Assembly (NCBI GenBank): GCA_947168565.1
Contig: CAMVMM010000004.1
Span: forward strand, 5,867-69,866
Direction: 5' to 3'
From: an uncultured Clostridia bacterium
GTDB taxonomy: Bacteria > Bacillota > Clostridia > Christensenellales > CAG-138
DNA: 64,000 nucleotides
Part shown: positions 27,227 through 35,174 of the stretch, in pieces
Numbering within the stretch: the stretch's first letter is position 1
Layout of the letters: the number at the start of each line of letters is the position of its first letter
Translations under genes and position numbers: made by a program
Notes under the pieces: model-generated
What the model saw: only the letters and a program-made list of their open reading frames with translations
Database searches by the model: none
What the model was told of the DNA's origin: nothing

Positions 27227-28342
27227 TTATTTGCTCAGCCGTGCTTCTATTTTTTTAATAGCGGAGAAGTATTTATTTATCACAATGCCGCGGTCGAATT
27301 CGGCTTCGACCTTTTTTCGTGCCATTCTGCCCATCTCCGCTTTCTTTTCATGGGGCAGGTCGATGAACCTGTTTACGGCCGCCACAATGGCATCCGCGCT
27401 TTTCGGCTCAAAGCCAAAGCCCGAAACACCCTCGTCAAAGGCTTCGATGCAGCCGGGGATATTGCTTGCAAGCACAGGGCGGCCGCAGGCGGAAGCCTCA
27501 AGCAGAACGTTGGACATGCCCTCGTGATAGGAAGCATGGAGCACGGCATGGCTTTTTTTATACCATTCGTGGATCTCGCTCTGCAAACCAACGTATTCAA
27601 TATAACCCTTTGCCTGCGCCGATTCAAGCTTTTCAAGGTATTCGTCGCCGCAGCCGCCGATAAGGCGAATAAGCACGTTTTTGCCCTTTAGCCTCTCGGC
27701 AGCGGCAAGCACCTCGTCTATGCCCTTATCCTTAATAACCCTGCCCACCACGGAAATAACGATGGGGGAGTCCCCCTCGGGGTACTCCTCGAAGCAATGC
27801 TTTGTAAGGTTCACTCCGGAACCGGGAATAACGTCGTGCTCGCCTGAGCAGATGCCCTTTTTAACAAAGAAATCCCTGTTGGTCCTGTTTTGAAAGAAAA
27901 CCATATCGGCTTTGCGCAGGCCATGCTTATACAGCATCAGCGAGATCTTGGAAATAATGCCCTTGTTCTCGATGGAGTCGCCAAGCCCCGTAACGTTCAC
28001 TATATACGGCACGCCGAGGCTTGCGCACGAAATGCCGCCGTAAACGTTGGGCTTTATCGTGTAGGTCAAAACGATCTTCGGAGCAAGCTGCTTAATACAT
28101 TTTTTATACTTATTGATGAGCGAAAGCTCCTTTATGGGATTTGTGCCGTGCCTGTCGAAATCCGTAGGTATGAACCTGCAGCCGGCCTCGGTGAGCTTAT
28201 CCAGGCCGCCGGAATCGTTTGAAAGCACAGTCACGTCGTATTCCCTGCACAACGCCTCAATTAGCTCAAGTCTGAAGCTGACAAGGCCGCTTGTGCTGTT
28301 GCTTATCACAAGAATTTTATTTGGCACGCTGTTACCCCTCAT
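27227..28342 (-). CDS. Glycosyltransferase family 4
   Basis: GT-B fold with the C-terminal EGMSNVLLEASACGRPVLASNIPG motif (EX7E type). Confidence 0.85.
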   Translation of the reverse strand: MRGNSVPNKILVISNSTSGLVSFRLELIEALCREYDVTVLSNDSGGLDKLTEAGCRFIPTDFDRHGTNPIKELSLINKYKKCIKQLAPKIVLTYTIKPNVYGGISCASLGVPYIVNVTGLGDSIENKGIISKISLMLYKHGLRKADMVFFQNRTNRDFFVKKGICSGEHDVIPGSGVNLTKHCFEEYPEGDSPIVISVVGRVIKDKGIDEVLAAAERLKGKNVLIRLIGGCGDEYLEKLESAQAKGYIEYVGLQSEIHEWYKKSHAVLHASYHEGMSNVLLEASACGRPVLASNIPGCIEAFDEGVSGFGFEPKSADAIVAAVNRFIDLPHEKKAEMGRMARKKVEAEFDRGIVINKYFSAIKKIEARLSK

Positions 28343-29301
28343 GCTTTAAGAATCTTTACTTCGTTATATTTCATCATATAGACGCCCTCGTCATAAGCGC
28401 CTATATTCTTTTTATTGGCGATGCCGTTGAGATTATTGAGGATCAGCCTCATGTGGTCGCAGCCCGCTTCATAAGCATGCGGATACCCGCCTCCAAAGCG
28501 CGGATTGACCTCGGAGATGTAATACTCTCCGTTTATATCGAAAATATCTATATCGATCTGCCCTCTGAAGCCCGCCTCAACAACAAACCTTTCTATAAGC
28601 TCAAACAGCCTTTCATCCTTGAAGGAAACGGCTTTATCGGTTTCTCCGGCGCGCATCTTGATTTTTTTCTTGGTGAAAATCGAAACCACCTCGCCGGAGA
28701 TCATGTCTATATACACGTCCGCGCCTATCTCCTGCCCGTTGAGAAACTCCTGTATCATAAGATCGCGCCCGTGCGCAAGGAGCAGCTCGACCGTGTCGCC
28801 GTCGAACACCTTGGAAATGCTTATGGAAGCAGAGCCCCTGTAAGGCTTAACGAACACTGGATAGGCGATCTCGCCGGCGCTGACCGCCTTGAAAAACTCG
28901 CCCTTATCCATCCATGAGCGGGCGCAATTATAGCCGTGCTCCGCCAGCCAATGATACATTCGCATCTTGTCAAGCGTCAGCTCGCAAAGCTCAAACGAGC
29001 TGCCTATGACCGTTGTGCCAAGCGCTTTGAATCTATGCTCATTTTGCGCAAGCAGACTAAGCTCGGGATCTATAAGGCTCAAAACGCCGCCAATGCTCTC
29101 CTTACGGCAAATATCCAGAATAATATCGATATATCCCGGATCGGTAATTGGCGGAACTATATAATGCTTATCCGCATCATAAATGGCGGGGCCAAGCTCG
29201 CTGGCGTCCGTTGCCACCACCGTGCCTTCGCCGCAAAATGCTTTTTTGAAGTACTGAACGATCTTGTTCCTGCTGCCGGCAGCAAGTATCAATATATTCA
29301 T
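28339..29301 (-). CDS. ATP-grasp domain protein (CarB-like, amide ligase candidate)
   Basis: Overlaps its neighbours by 4 nt (translational coupling). PVFVKPYRGSASISISKV and ISEVNPRFGGGYP ATP-grasp motifs. Confidence 0.75.
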   Translation of the reverse strand: MNILILAAGSRNKIVQYFKKAFCGEGTVVATDASELGPAIYDADKHYIVPPITDPGYIDIILDICRKESIGGVLSLIDPELSLLAQNEHRFKALGTTVIGSSFELCELTLDKMRMYHWLAEHGYNCARSWMDKGEFFKAVSAGEIAYPVFVKPYRGSASISISKVFDGDTVELLLAHGRDLMIQEFLNGQEIGADVYIDMISGEVVSIFTKKKIKMRAGETDKAVSFKDERLFELIERFVVEAGFRGQIDIDIFDINGEYYISEVNPRFGGGYPHAYEAGCDHMRLILNNLNGIANKKNIGAYDEGVYMMKYNEVKILKA

Positions 29302-29828
29302 TTCCTGCCCTCAAACTCTGATTTTAATATGCTGTGTACATACAGATCCTGCTGCTTTCCGCGGCAGTAGACCTGCTGCCTGAGGATACCGTCATGCCGG
29401 AAGCCGTTCCGTTCATACACGTGCCTTGCGCGTTCGTTGTTCGGCAGGGTATACAGGTAGATCTTTTTAAGCTCAAGCTCCGTAAAGCCGTATTCAAGCA
29501 CGAGCGGGATCACCTCGTCCGGAAGACGCCTGCCCCTGTAATTCCTGTTGCCGATGGTAATGTAAAGCTGAGCGTGATGATTGATCCGGTCGATATTCAA
29601 AAGCCCCGTCATGCCGACCAGCTCGTTCGTTTCCTTATCCACAATGCTCAGGTTGAGCTTTGTGCTGTCGAAAACCACGTTGCTGAACCATTTCATAGTT
29701 TTTTCGTATGACGTCGGCCAATCAAACAGCAGTGTTTGTATGTTTTCTTCGTCGTTGATCCACGCCACCCTGTCCTTAAGATCATCCTGACCAAGCAGCC
29801 GCAGATACACCGTTTTGCCCTTAAGCAT
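29298..29828 (-). CDS. GNAT family N-acetyltransferase (RimJ/RimL-like)
   Basis: GNAT core NRNYRGRRLPDEVIPLVLEYGF and a C-terminal NERARHVYERNGF. Confidence 0.8.
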   Translation of the reverse strand: MLKGKTVYLRLLGQDDLKDRVAWINDEENIQTLLFDWPTSYEKTMKWFSNVVFDSTKLNLSIVDKETNELVGMTGLLNIDRINHHAQLYITIGNRNYRGRRLPDEVIPLVLEYGFTELELKKIYLYTLPNNERARHVYERNGFRHDGILRQQVYCRGKQQDLYVHSILKSEFEGRK

Positions 29829-29839
29829 ATTCGCCCTCC

Positions 29840-30835
29840 TTAAAAACCATTGACGATATCAACTATGCCCGTCAGCCCTTTTCCGTTGTAAAGCGCGATA
29901 ATGTTTTCGATAGCTCCGTCCAGATGGGGCAGACTGTCTTCAACAAAACCTGCGCGGTGGGGCGACATAAGAACGTTTTCCAGCTTCCAGAATTCATGCT
30001 TTGCGGAAGGATAGCTTTGGCTCTCTCCGCGCTTGGGCGCGTTCCACCACACGTCGGAGCCGAAAGCGCCGAGCTTGCCGCTTTCAAGGGCATTCCACGC
30101 AGCGTCCTCATCAACAACGGCCGCGCGCGACATATTCACAAAAACGGCGCCGTCCTTCATGTGATCGAAAACGTCGGCATCGATGATCCCGCGCGTTGAA
30201 TCGGTGAGCGGCAAAGTGCAGATCACTATATCAGCCTGAGAAACGGCGGTTTTGAGCAGGTCGTTCGGATACACCTCCTGTGCAGCATCGCCGGGCTTTG
30301 CGCGCCCGTCAACCGCGATGATCCTGGCGTTGAAAGCGGCAAGCAGCTTTCCGATGCGGGAGCCGATATTGCCGAATCCGAGTATGCACACCGTCTGCCT
30401 GCAGAGCATCTTGGATCTCAGATCCAGGGGCTTTTGATCCCTGTTCCAATTGCCGGCGCGCATCTTGCGGTCGTGATACGAAACCTTCTTGATAAGGTCA
30501 AGCACGATTGCAGCGCCGATTTCGGCAACGGAGTCGGCATTGCTGTGAGTGTTGCAAACGGGCACGTTCACACCCTGCACGGAGGAAAAATCAAAGGTAT
30601 CCATACCGGTCCACGGGATCTGGATCAGCTTGAGCGCTCCGGCGGTGTCGATTATTCGCTTTGTTACGTAGGGCCCGAGGAGAACGTCGGCGCCTTCGGC
30701 AACGGCGCAAATGCCGTCCTCCGTGAACTCCTCCGGGATCACAAGCTCATATTGCCCCGGAATGCTCCTGTCCAGGCCGTTCTTAATGTACTGTACGTCT
30801 CCGGGAAGCATGCTTCTTGTTAAAACGATCTTCAT
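29840..30835 (-). CDS. D-isomer-specific 2-hydroxyacid dehydrogenase, NAD-binding
   Basis: Start moved to MKIVLTR (ATG at 30835, 3 nt after the upstream stop). GFGNIGSRIG Rossmann motif and the catalytic R/E/H region SPHRAG. Confidence 0.85.
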   Translation of the reverse strand: MKIVLTRSMLPGDVQYIKNGLDRSIPGQYELVIPEEFTEDGICAVAEGADVLLGPYVTKRIIDTAGALKLIQIPWTGMDTFDFSSVQGVNVPVCNTHSNADSVAEIGAAIVLDLIKKVSYHDRKMRAGNWNRDQKPLDLRSKMLCRQTVCILGFGNIGSRIGKLLAAFNARIIAVDGRAKPGDAAQEVYPNDLLKTAVSQADIVICTLPLTDSTRGIIDADVFDHMKDGAVFVNMSRAAVVDEDAAWNALESGKLGAFGSDVWWNAPKRGESQSYPSAKHEFWKLENVLMSPHRAGFVEDSLPHLDGAIENIIALYNGKGLTGIVDIVNGF

Positions 30836-30837
30836 AT

Positions 30838-31995
30838 TCAAACTCCGTATCTGTATGCTTTGAGCAGACCGACCGCCCTCTCCAGGGTTTCCATCGGCAC
30901 GGCGATCGAGAAGCGAACGTGATCGTCCCACTCGGGGCCGAAAGCCACGCCGGGCGTTGAAGCGATCCCGGTTTTTTTGAGCAGATCGGCGCAGAAGGTG
31001 TTGGAATCAACGCCCGCCGCGCTTATATCAACAAAGTAGAAGAAGCCCGCCTTCGGCTTAACTGCCTTGATATAATCAAGCTTATTCAATTCGGAGTCGA
31101 AGTAATCAATGCGCCTTTCAAGCTCCGCCACGTAGGGGGCTATATGATCGGGCTCGTTTTTATAAATGGAGCAGGCGCCAACCTGAATAAAGGTGCAGGT
31201 GTTTGTGTTGATATGCTGCTGAAGCTTGTTCATCCTCGCAATAACGTCGTGCGCGCCAACGGCATACCCAAGGCGCCATCCGGTCATCGCGTGCGATTTG
31301 CTGTATCCGCTGCAGATAACAAGCCTGTCCCTGATCTGCTCATACAGGCCGAAGCTGATATGCTTTTGACCGCTGTAGGTCAGCTTTTCATAAACCTCAT
31401 CGGAAATAACGTATGCGTCGTGCTCCTGGGAAAGCTCAACGATAAGCTCGACCTCCTCCTTTGAAAGCACCATGCCCGTGGGATTATTCGGGGTGTTCAC
31501 AAGGATCGCCCTGGTATTGGCGTTGAAGGCGGCCCTGAGCTTTTGCGGATCCAGGGTGAAATCGCTGTTCAGCGTAACGTTCACGATCTTCGCATTCGGC
31601 TCGGCTAACTTTAACATTGCGGGGTAGGAAACGTAATACGGGGAAATAAGGATGATCTCATCACCCGGCTCGAGCACGGCGGCAAGAGCAAAATACACGG
31701 CGGACTTGATCCCGGGAGTGACTATCACATCGTTCATCGTGTATGCGGAGCCGTACGCCTTATTGCAATCCTCGGCGATAAGCCTTCTCAGCTCAGGCCA
31801 CCCCTGCGTGGCGGAATAATGGGTGAAGCCGTCCTGCATCGCCTTGATCGTGGCCTCGATAACGTAATTCGGCGTGCTGAAGTCAGGCTCACCAAGACCA
31901 AGGGAAATGATCTCCCTGCCCTGCGCCTTCATCTCGCCGGCTGCCTGGGCAAACTTATATGTTAACGACTCTCCGACTTCTTTAGCAAAATGCAT
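30838..31995 (-). CDS. PLP-dependent aminotransferase, class I/II (AspC family)
   Basis: NPNNPTG-type motif (TPNNPTGMV) and SGYSKSHAMTGWRLGY with the PLP lysine. Confidence 0.85.
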   Translation of the reverse strand: MHFAKEVGESLTYKFAQAAGEMKAQGREIISLGLGEPDFSTPNYVIEATIKAMQDGFTHYSATQGWPELRRLIAEDCNKAYGSAYTMNDVIVTPGIKSAVYFALAAVLEPGDEIILISPYYVSYPAMLKLAEPNAKIVNVTLNSDFTLDPQKLRAAFNANTRAILVNTPNNPTGMVLSKEEVELIVELSQEHDAYVISDEVYEKLTYSGQKHISFGLYEQIRDRLVICSGYSKSHAMTGWRLGYAVGAHDVIARMNKLQQHINTNTCTFIQVGACSIYKNEPDHIAPYVAELERRIDYFDSELNKLDYIKAVKPKAGFFYFVDISAAGVDSNTFCADLLKKTGIASTPGVAFGPEWDDHVRFSIAVPMETLERAVGLLKAYRYGV

Positions 31996-32012
31996 TGTTC
32001 CATCTCCTTTTA

Positions 32013-32642
32013 TTATTGCCTATTGTTGTCTATCTGCTCTTTTGATTCGGGGTAAACGTTTTTGCCGGCAAATACCGAAACAACGGTTTTGAACAGAATC
32101 TTTATGTCCAAAAGAATATTGAATTTATCTACATATTCGTTGTCAATATGTATTCTTTCATCCCAAGGCGCGGTCGTCCTCGTCCTGATCTGCGCCAAGC
32201 CCGTGATGCCGGGGCGCATCTCGAAGCGTTTTCTTGCCCAATCCGGATAGCCTTCGTAGCCCTCATACGGAAAATACGTAACGGGAGGACGGGGGCCGAC
32301 GATGCTCATATCCCCCTTGATAACGTTTATAAGCTGGGGCAGCTCGTCAAGACTTGTTTTTCTGAGGATCCTGCCGATCCCCGTGATCCTGCTGTCATTG
32401 GTGCCGTAAACAAAAAGCCCGTCGCCCTTCTTCTCGGCGCCCATGACCATCGTGCGGAATTTGATGATCCTGAACACCTTGCCGTTCCTGCCCAACCTGT
32501 CCTGCGTAAAAAACACGGTTCCTTTCGAGGTGAGCTTGATGATAATAGCGACAACAAGAAAAACGGGTGAGGATATGATCAAACCGAGTAAGCTTAAAAT
32601 AAAGTCCGCACATCTTTTAACGATCAAGTTGATTTTTCGCAT
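32013..32642 (-). CDS. Small phosphoglycosyl transferase (PglC/WbaP C-terminal type bacterial sugar transferase)
   Basis: Single re-entrant N-terminal helix. Conserved SLDELPQLINVIKGDMSIVGPRP and PGITGLAQ motifs. Preferred start is the ATG at 32642 (GGGGAAGG RBS); the alternative is 32681. Confidence 0.85.
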   Translation of the reverse strand: MRKINLIVKRCADFILSLLGLIISSPVFLVVAIIIKLTSKGTVFFTQDRLGRNGKVFRIIKFRTMVMGAEKKGDGLFVYGTNDSRITGIGRILRKTSLDELPQLINVIKGDMSIVGPRPPVTYFPYEGYEGYPDWARKRFEMRPGITGLAQIRTRTTAPWDERIHIDNEYVDKFNILLDIKILFKTVVSVFAGKNVYPESKEQIDNNRQ

Positions 32643-32673
32643 ACTGCCTTCCCCCTGCTCACACGCCTGTGAT

Positions 32674-33960
32674 TTACTCAAAGCATCTGCGGATAAGCTC
32701 GATGATGACAGCCTGCTCCTCCGCAGTCATTTTATTGTCGCTCGGCAGGCACAGCCCGCGGCGGAAAATGTCCATGCCGGCATCAACCGCGCCGGTCTGC
32801 GCAATATAGGCATTGCTCCTTGCCCGGCCGCTGCCGTGCTTCGTTACAAACGGATTCATGCGATAGACGGGCTGCATGTGCATGGGCTTCCAGATGGGAC
32901 GGCCCTCGGCATTGAAGCGCGCAAGCACCTCCAGTATTTCGGTGGGGCAGCTCTTTCCCGCCTCGGGAATATAGAGCGCCTCCCTCTCGCCGCGCACCTG
33001 CCGGCACATCGCGCTTTCATCAATAATCGCGCAGCTAAGCCAGTAATTGGGAACGCAGCCGTCGATTATCGGCATCATCCGAAGGGGCAGATCCCCAAAG
33101 CCCTCGGCATATCTTTCAAAAACGGCCTTTTTTTGAGCGATATGCTCAAAAAGATGCTCCGTGTTGCCAAGGGCAACTCCGGCAACTATATTGCTTATGC
33201 GGTAATTATAGCCAAGCTCCTCATGCTGATACCAGGCGGCGTCCTCGCGGCTTTGAGTGCTCCATTTGCGAACCTTGTTCGCATCGTCCAAGCTGTCCGT
33301 AAGCAAAAGGCCGCCCGCGCTGCCGGTAACTATTTTATTGCCGTTAAAGCTGATGATGCTCACGTCGCCGAACATGCCCGTTTGCAGCCCGTTATAGGTT
33401 GCGCCGAAGGATTCCGCAGCGTCCTCAACAACGAGCGCGCCGTGCTTATGGCAGATCTCAACGATCCGGGTCAGATCGCCTGTAAAGCCGTATAGATTTG
33501 CGATAACAACGAGCCTTGTGTCCGGATAAAGCTCAAAAGCCTTTTCAAGCGCTTCGGGATCCATGTTCCAGGTGGTTGGATCGGTGTCGATAAACACCGC
33601 TTCTCCGCCCTCATAAGCAATGGGATTCACCGTGGCGTCGAAGGTCATATCGGTGCAGAAAACCCTTCTGCCCTCAAGCGACCCGTGAGCGACCTTGGGC
33701 TGACCGTAAAGCTTCTCGCCGCAAAGCTTTATCGCAAGATGCAGCGCAGCGGTGCCGCAGGAAAGCCCCACGGCATATTTTCGGCCTATAAGCTCGGCGC
33801 AGCGCGCTTCAAGCTCGTTTATATTTTTGCCGACGGTTGAAACCCAGTTGGTTTGTATCGCTTCGGTAACGTAGTTAAGCTCGCTGCCGTGCATGGTGGG
33901 TGAGGCAAGCCAGATCCTGTTTGAAAAGGGTTTAATGTTTCCCGCGTCCTTAAAGGCCAT
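32674..33960 (-). CDS. DegT/DnrJ/EryC1/StrS family sugar aminotransferase (PglE/WecE-like)
   Basis: Start moved to MAFKDAG (AGGAG RBS). SCGTAALHLA and ISFNGNKIVT (PLP lysine) motifs. Confidence 0.85.
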   Translation of the reverse strand: MAFKDAGNIKPFSNRIWLASPTMHGSELNYVTEAIQTNWVSTVGKNINELEARCAELIGRKYAVGLSCGTAALHLAIKLCGEKLYGQPKVAHGSLEGRRVFCTDMTFDATVNPIAYEGGEAVFIDTDPTTWNMDPEALEKAFELYPDTRLVVIANLYGFTGDLTRIVEICHKHGALVVEDAAESFGATYNGLQTGMFGDVSIISFNGNKIVTGSAGGLLLTDSLDDANKVRKWSTQSREDAAWYQHEELGYNYRISNIVAGVALGNTEHLFEHIAQKKAVFERYAEGFGDLPLRMMPIIDGCVPNYWLSCAIIDESAMCRQVRGEREALYIPEAGKSCPTEILEVLARFNAEGRPIWKPMHMQPVYRMNPFVTKHGSGRARSNAYIAQTGAVDAGMDIFRRGLCLPSDNKMTAEEQAVIIELIRRCFE

Positions 33961-34116
33961 ATCAAGCTCCTGTAAAGCAATAGTATTCTCGGAGGGTAAA
34001 GCTGCCGCAGCATTCTTTATGGCGAAGGAAGGAAATTTCCAAAGCGCCCGGAATCGGTGGGGCGGCAAAGCAATACCGAGCGGTTTCAATTAAAAACCGT
34101 GCATTAAAGCAGATTT

Positions 34117-34145
34117 ACTATACCACAATCCAGCGAAAAATGCAA
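34117..34145 (-). promoter_or_regulatory. Candidate promoter of the glycan operon (TTGCAT-17-TGgTATAGT on the minus strand)
   Basis: Hexamers at 34140-34145 and 34117-34122 (plus-strand coordinates), with a TG-extended -10. Confidence 0.5.
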
Positions 34146-34200
34146 TACCGCCGGAGCCCTGTGCGCATCCGCGCGAAGCAGCCGGAGGAGCCTGTATTCA

Positions 34201-34240
34201 ATAGAAAACCGCCCCACTTGACAAGCAAATGAGGCGGTTT
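34201..34240 (-). terminator. Hairpin terminator directly after tRNA-Arg
   Basis: On the minus strand: AAACCGCC ... GGGCGGTTT followed by TCTATT. Confidence 0.5.
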
Positions 34241-34241
34241 C

Positions 34242-34318
34242 TGGCACACCATATTGGATTCGAACCAATGGCCTTTCGCTTAGGAGGCGAACGCTCTATC
34301 CTACTGAGCTAATGGTGC
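34242..34318 (-). tRNA. tRNA-Arg (anticodon CCT)
   Basis: The reverse complement folds as a cloverleaf: acceptor GCACCAT/ATGGTGT, D-loop AGCTCAGTAGGATAGAGC, anticodon loop CTCCTAA, T-arm GGTTCGAATCC, encoded CCA. Confidence 0.9.
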
Positions 34319-34337
34319 AGACGATTCGGTACTGCTT

Positions 34338-34366
34338 ATTATACCCAAATGACGGCGAAATGTCAA
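34338..34366 (-). promoter_or_regulatory. Consensus sigma-A promoter for tRNA-Arg (TTGACA-17-TATAAT on the minus strand)
   Basis: Perfect hexamers at 34361-34366 and 34338-34343 (plus-strand coordinates) with a 17-nt spacer, about 20 nt upstream of the tRNA 5' end. Confidence 0.65.
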
Positions 34367-34403
34367 CCGATTCGGGAGATCCGGTGAATATATACTCTTT
34401 CGT

Positions 34404-34462
34404 GCGCGGGGCATAGGGGGCGCGGGGCATAACTGCGCGGGCATAACTGCGCGGGCATAGCC
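34404..34462. repeat. GC-rich 14-16 bp tandem repeat, 4 units (GCGCGGGGCATA...), plus a fifth copy at 34500-34514
   Basis: Read directly: GCGCGGGGCATAGGGG / GCGCGGGGCATAACT / GCGCGGGCATAACT / GCGCGGGCATAGCC. Confidence 0.7.
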
Positions 34463-34594
34463 ATGCCGCAGCTCATCACAATAGCCTTGCAGCCTTCGGG
34501 CGCAGGGCATAGGAGGGGGCGGCAGGATCGCGGCCGAACCCGCTTTGATCTTCGCAGGCTCGGCCGTGAAAGCTGAGTTTACAGGGGGGCAGGC

Positions 34595-34990
34595 TTAATT
34601 CTTGCAGCCGCAGCCACAGCCGCAGCCGTCCTTATGCGCTTCCTCTTTTTTGTCGTCCGCGCAATCCTCGCAGTCGCAGCCGTCCTCGCAGTCGCACTCG
34701 TCCTCCGCGAACCTCTGCTCAACGATGGCGATAAGCTCGTCCATATCCTCGTCGGCGGGGGAAACGAACTCCTCGGTGTCGTCCTTTTCGTTTACCACGA
34801 CCTGCATGATGTAAACATCGGTTTCATGCTCGCAGTCGCAATCGTCGTCCTCACAGTCGCAGTCATCGGCCTTGGCGTCGATAAGCACGGCGTATTCCTT
34901 GCCCTTGTGATCGAAATAGTCGATAACGTCAAGCTCAAACTCGTTGCCGTCGTCATCGGTGAAGGTTACAAAATCTCTTTCTTCGTTCAT
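34595..34990 (-). CDS. DUF1292 family protein with Cys/Asp-rich insertions
   Basis: AAGGAG RBS before MNEERDFVTFTDDDGNEFELDVIDYF (DUF1292 signature). Extra DCDCEDDDCDCEHE and a C-terminal ECDCEDGCDCEDC...GCGCGCGC. Confidence 0.7.
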   Translation of the reverse strand: MNEERDFVTFTDDDGNEFELDVIDYFDHKGKEYAVLIDAKADDCDCEDDDCDCEHETDVYIMQVVVNEKDDTEEFVSPADEDMDELIAIVEQRFAEDECDCEDGCDCEDCADDKKEEAHKDGCGCGCGCKN

Positions 34991-35174
34991 TTTAGTGTAC
35001 TCCTTTGTGTTCTGGGTAAAAAACATACCTCGTGTATTTTACATCATATTGAGTAAGAATGCAACCGTTTTTTATGTAAAAACTCTGCGAAAATCGTAGA
35101 ATACGGCGGCTGAAGGCCTGCGGGAAGGGGAATAGGCCGAATTGCGGCGGGGAGCGCGTGGGGGGGCTGTGCGC

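Noticed and set aside
13811-34318. tRNA-Arg-anchored genomic island carrying the pilus and glycan loci.
   Set aside because: The loci abut the tRNA 3' side and look compositionally distinct. However, I found no integrase and no direct repeat of the tRNA 3' end elsewhere in the window, so island boundaries cannot be supported.
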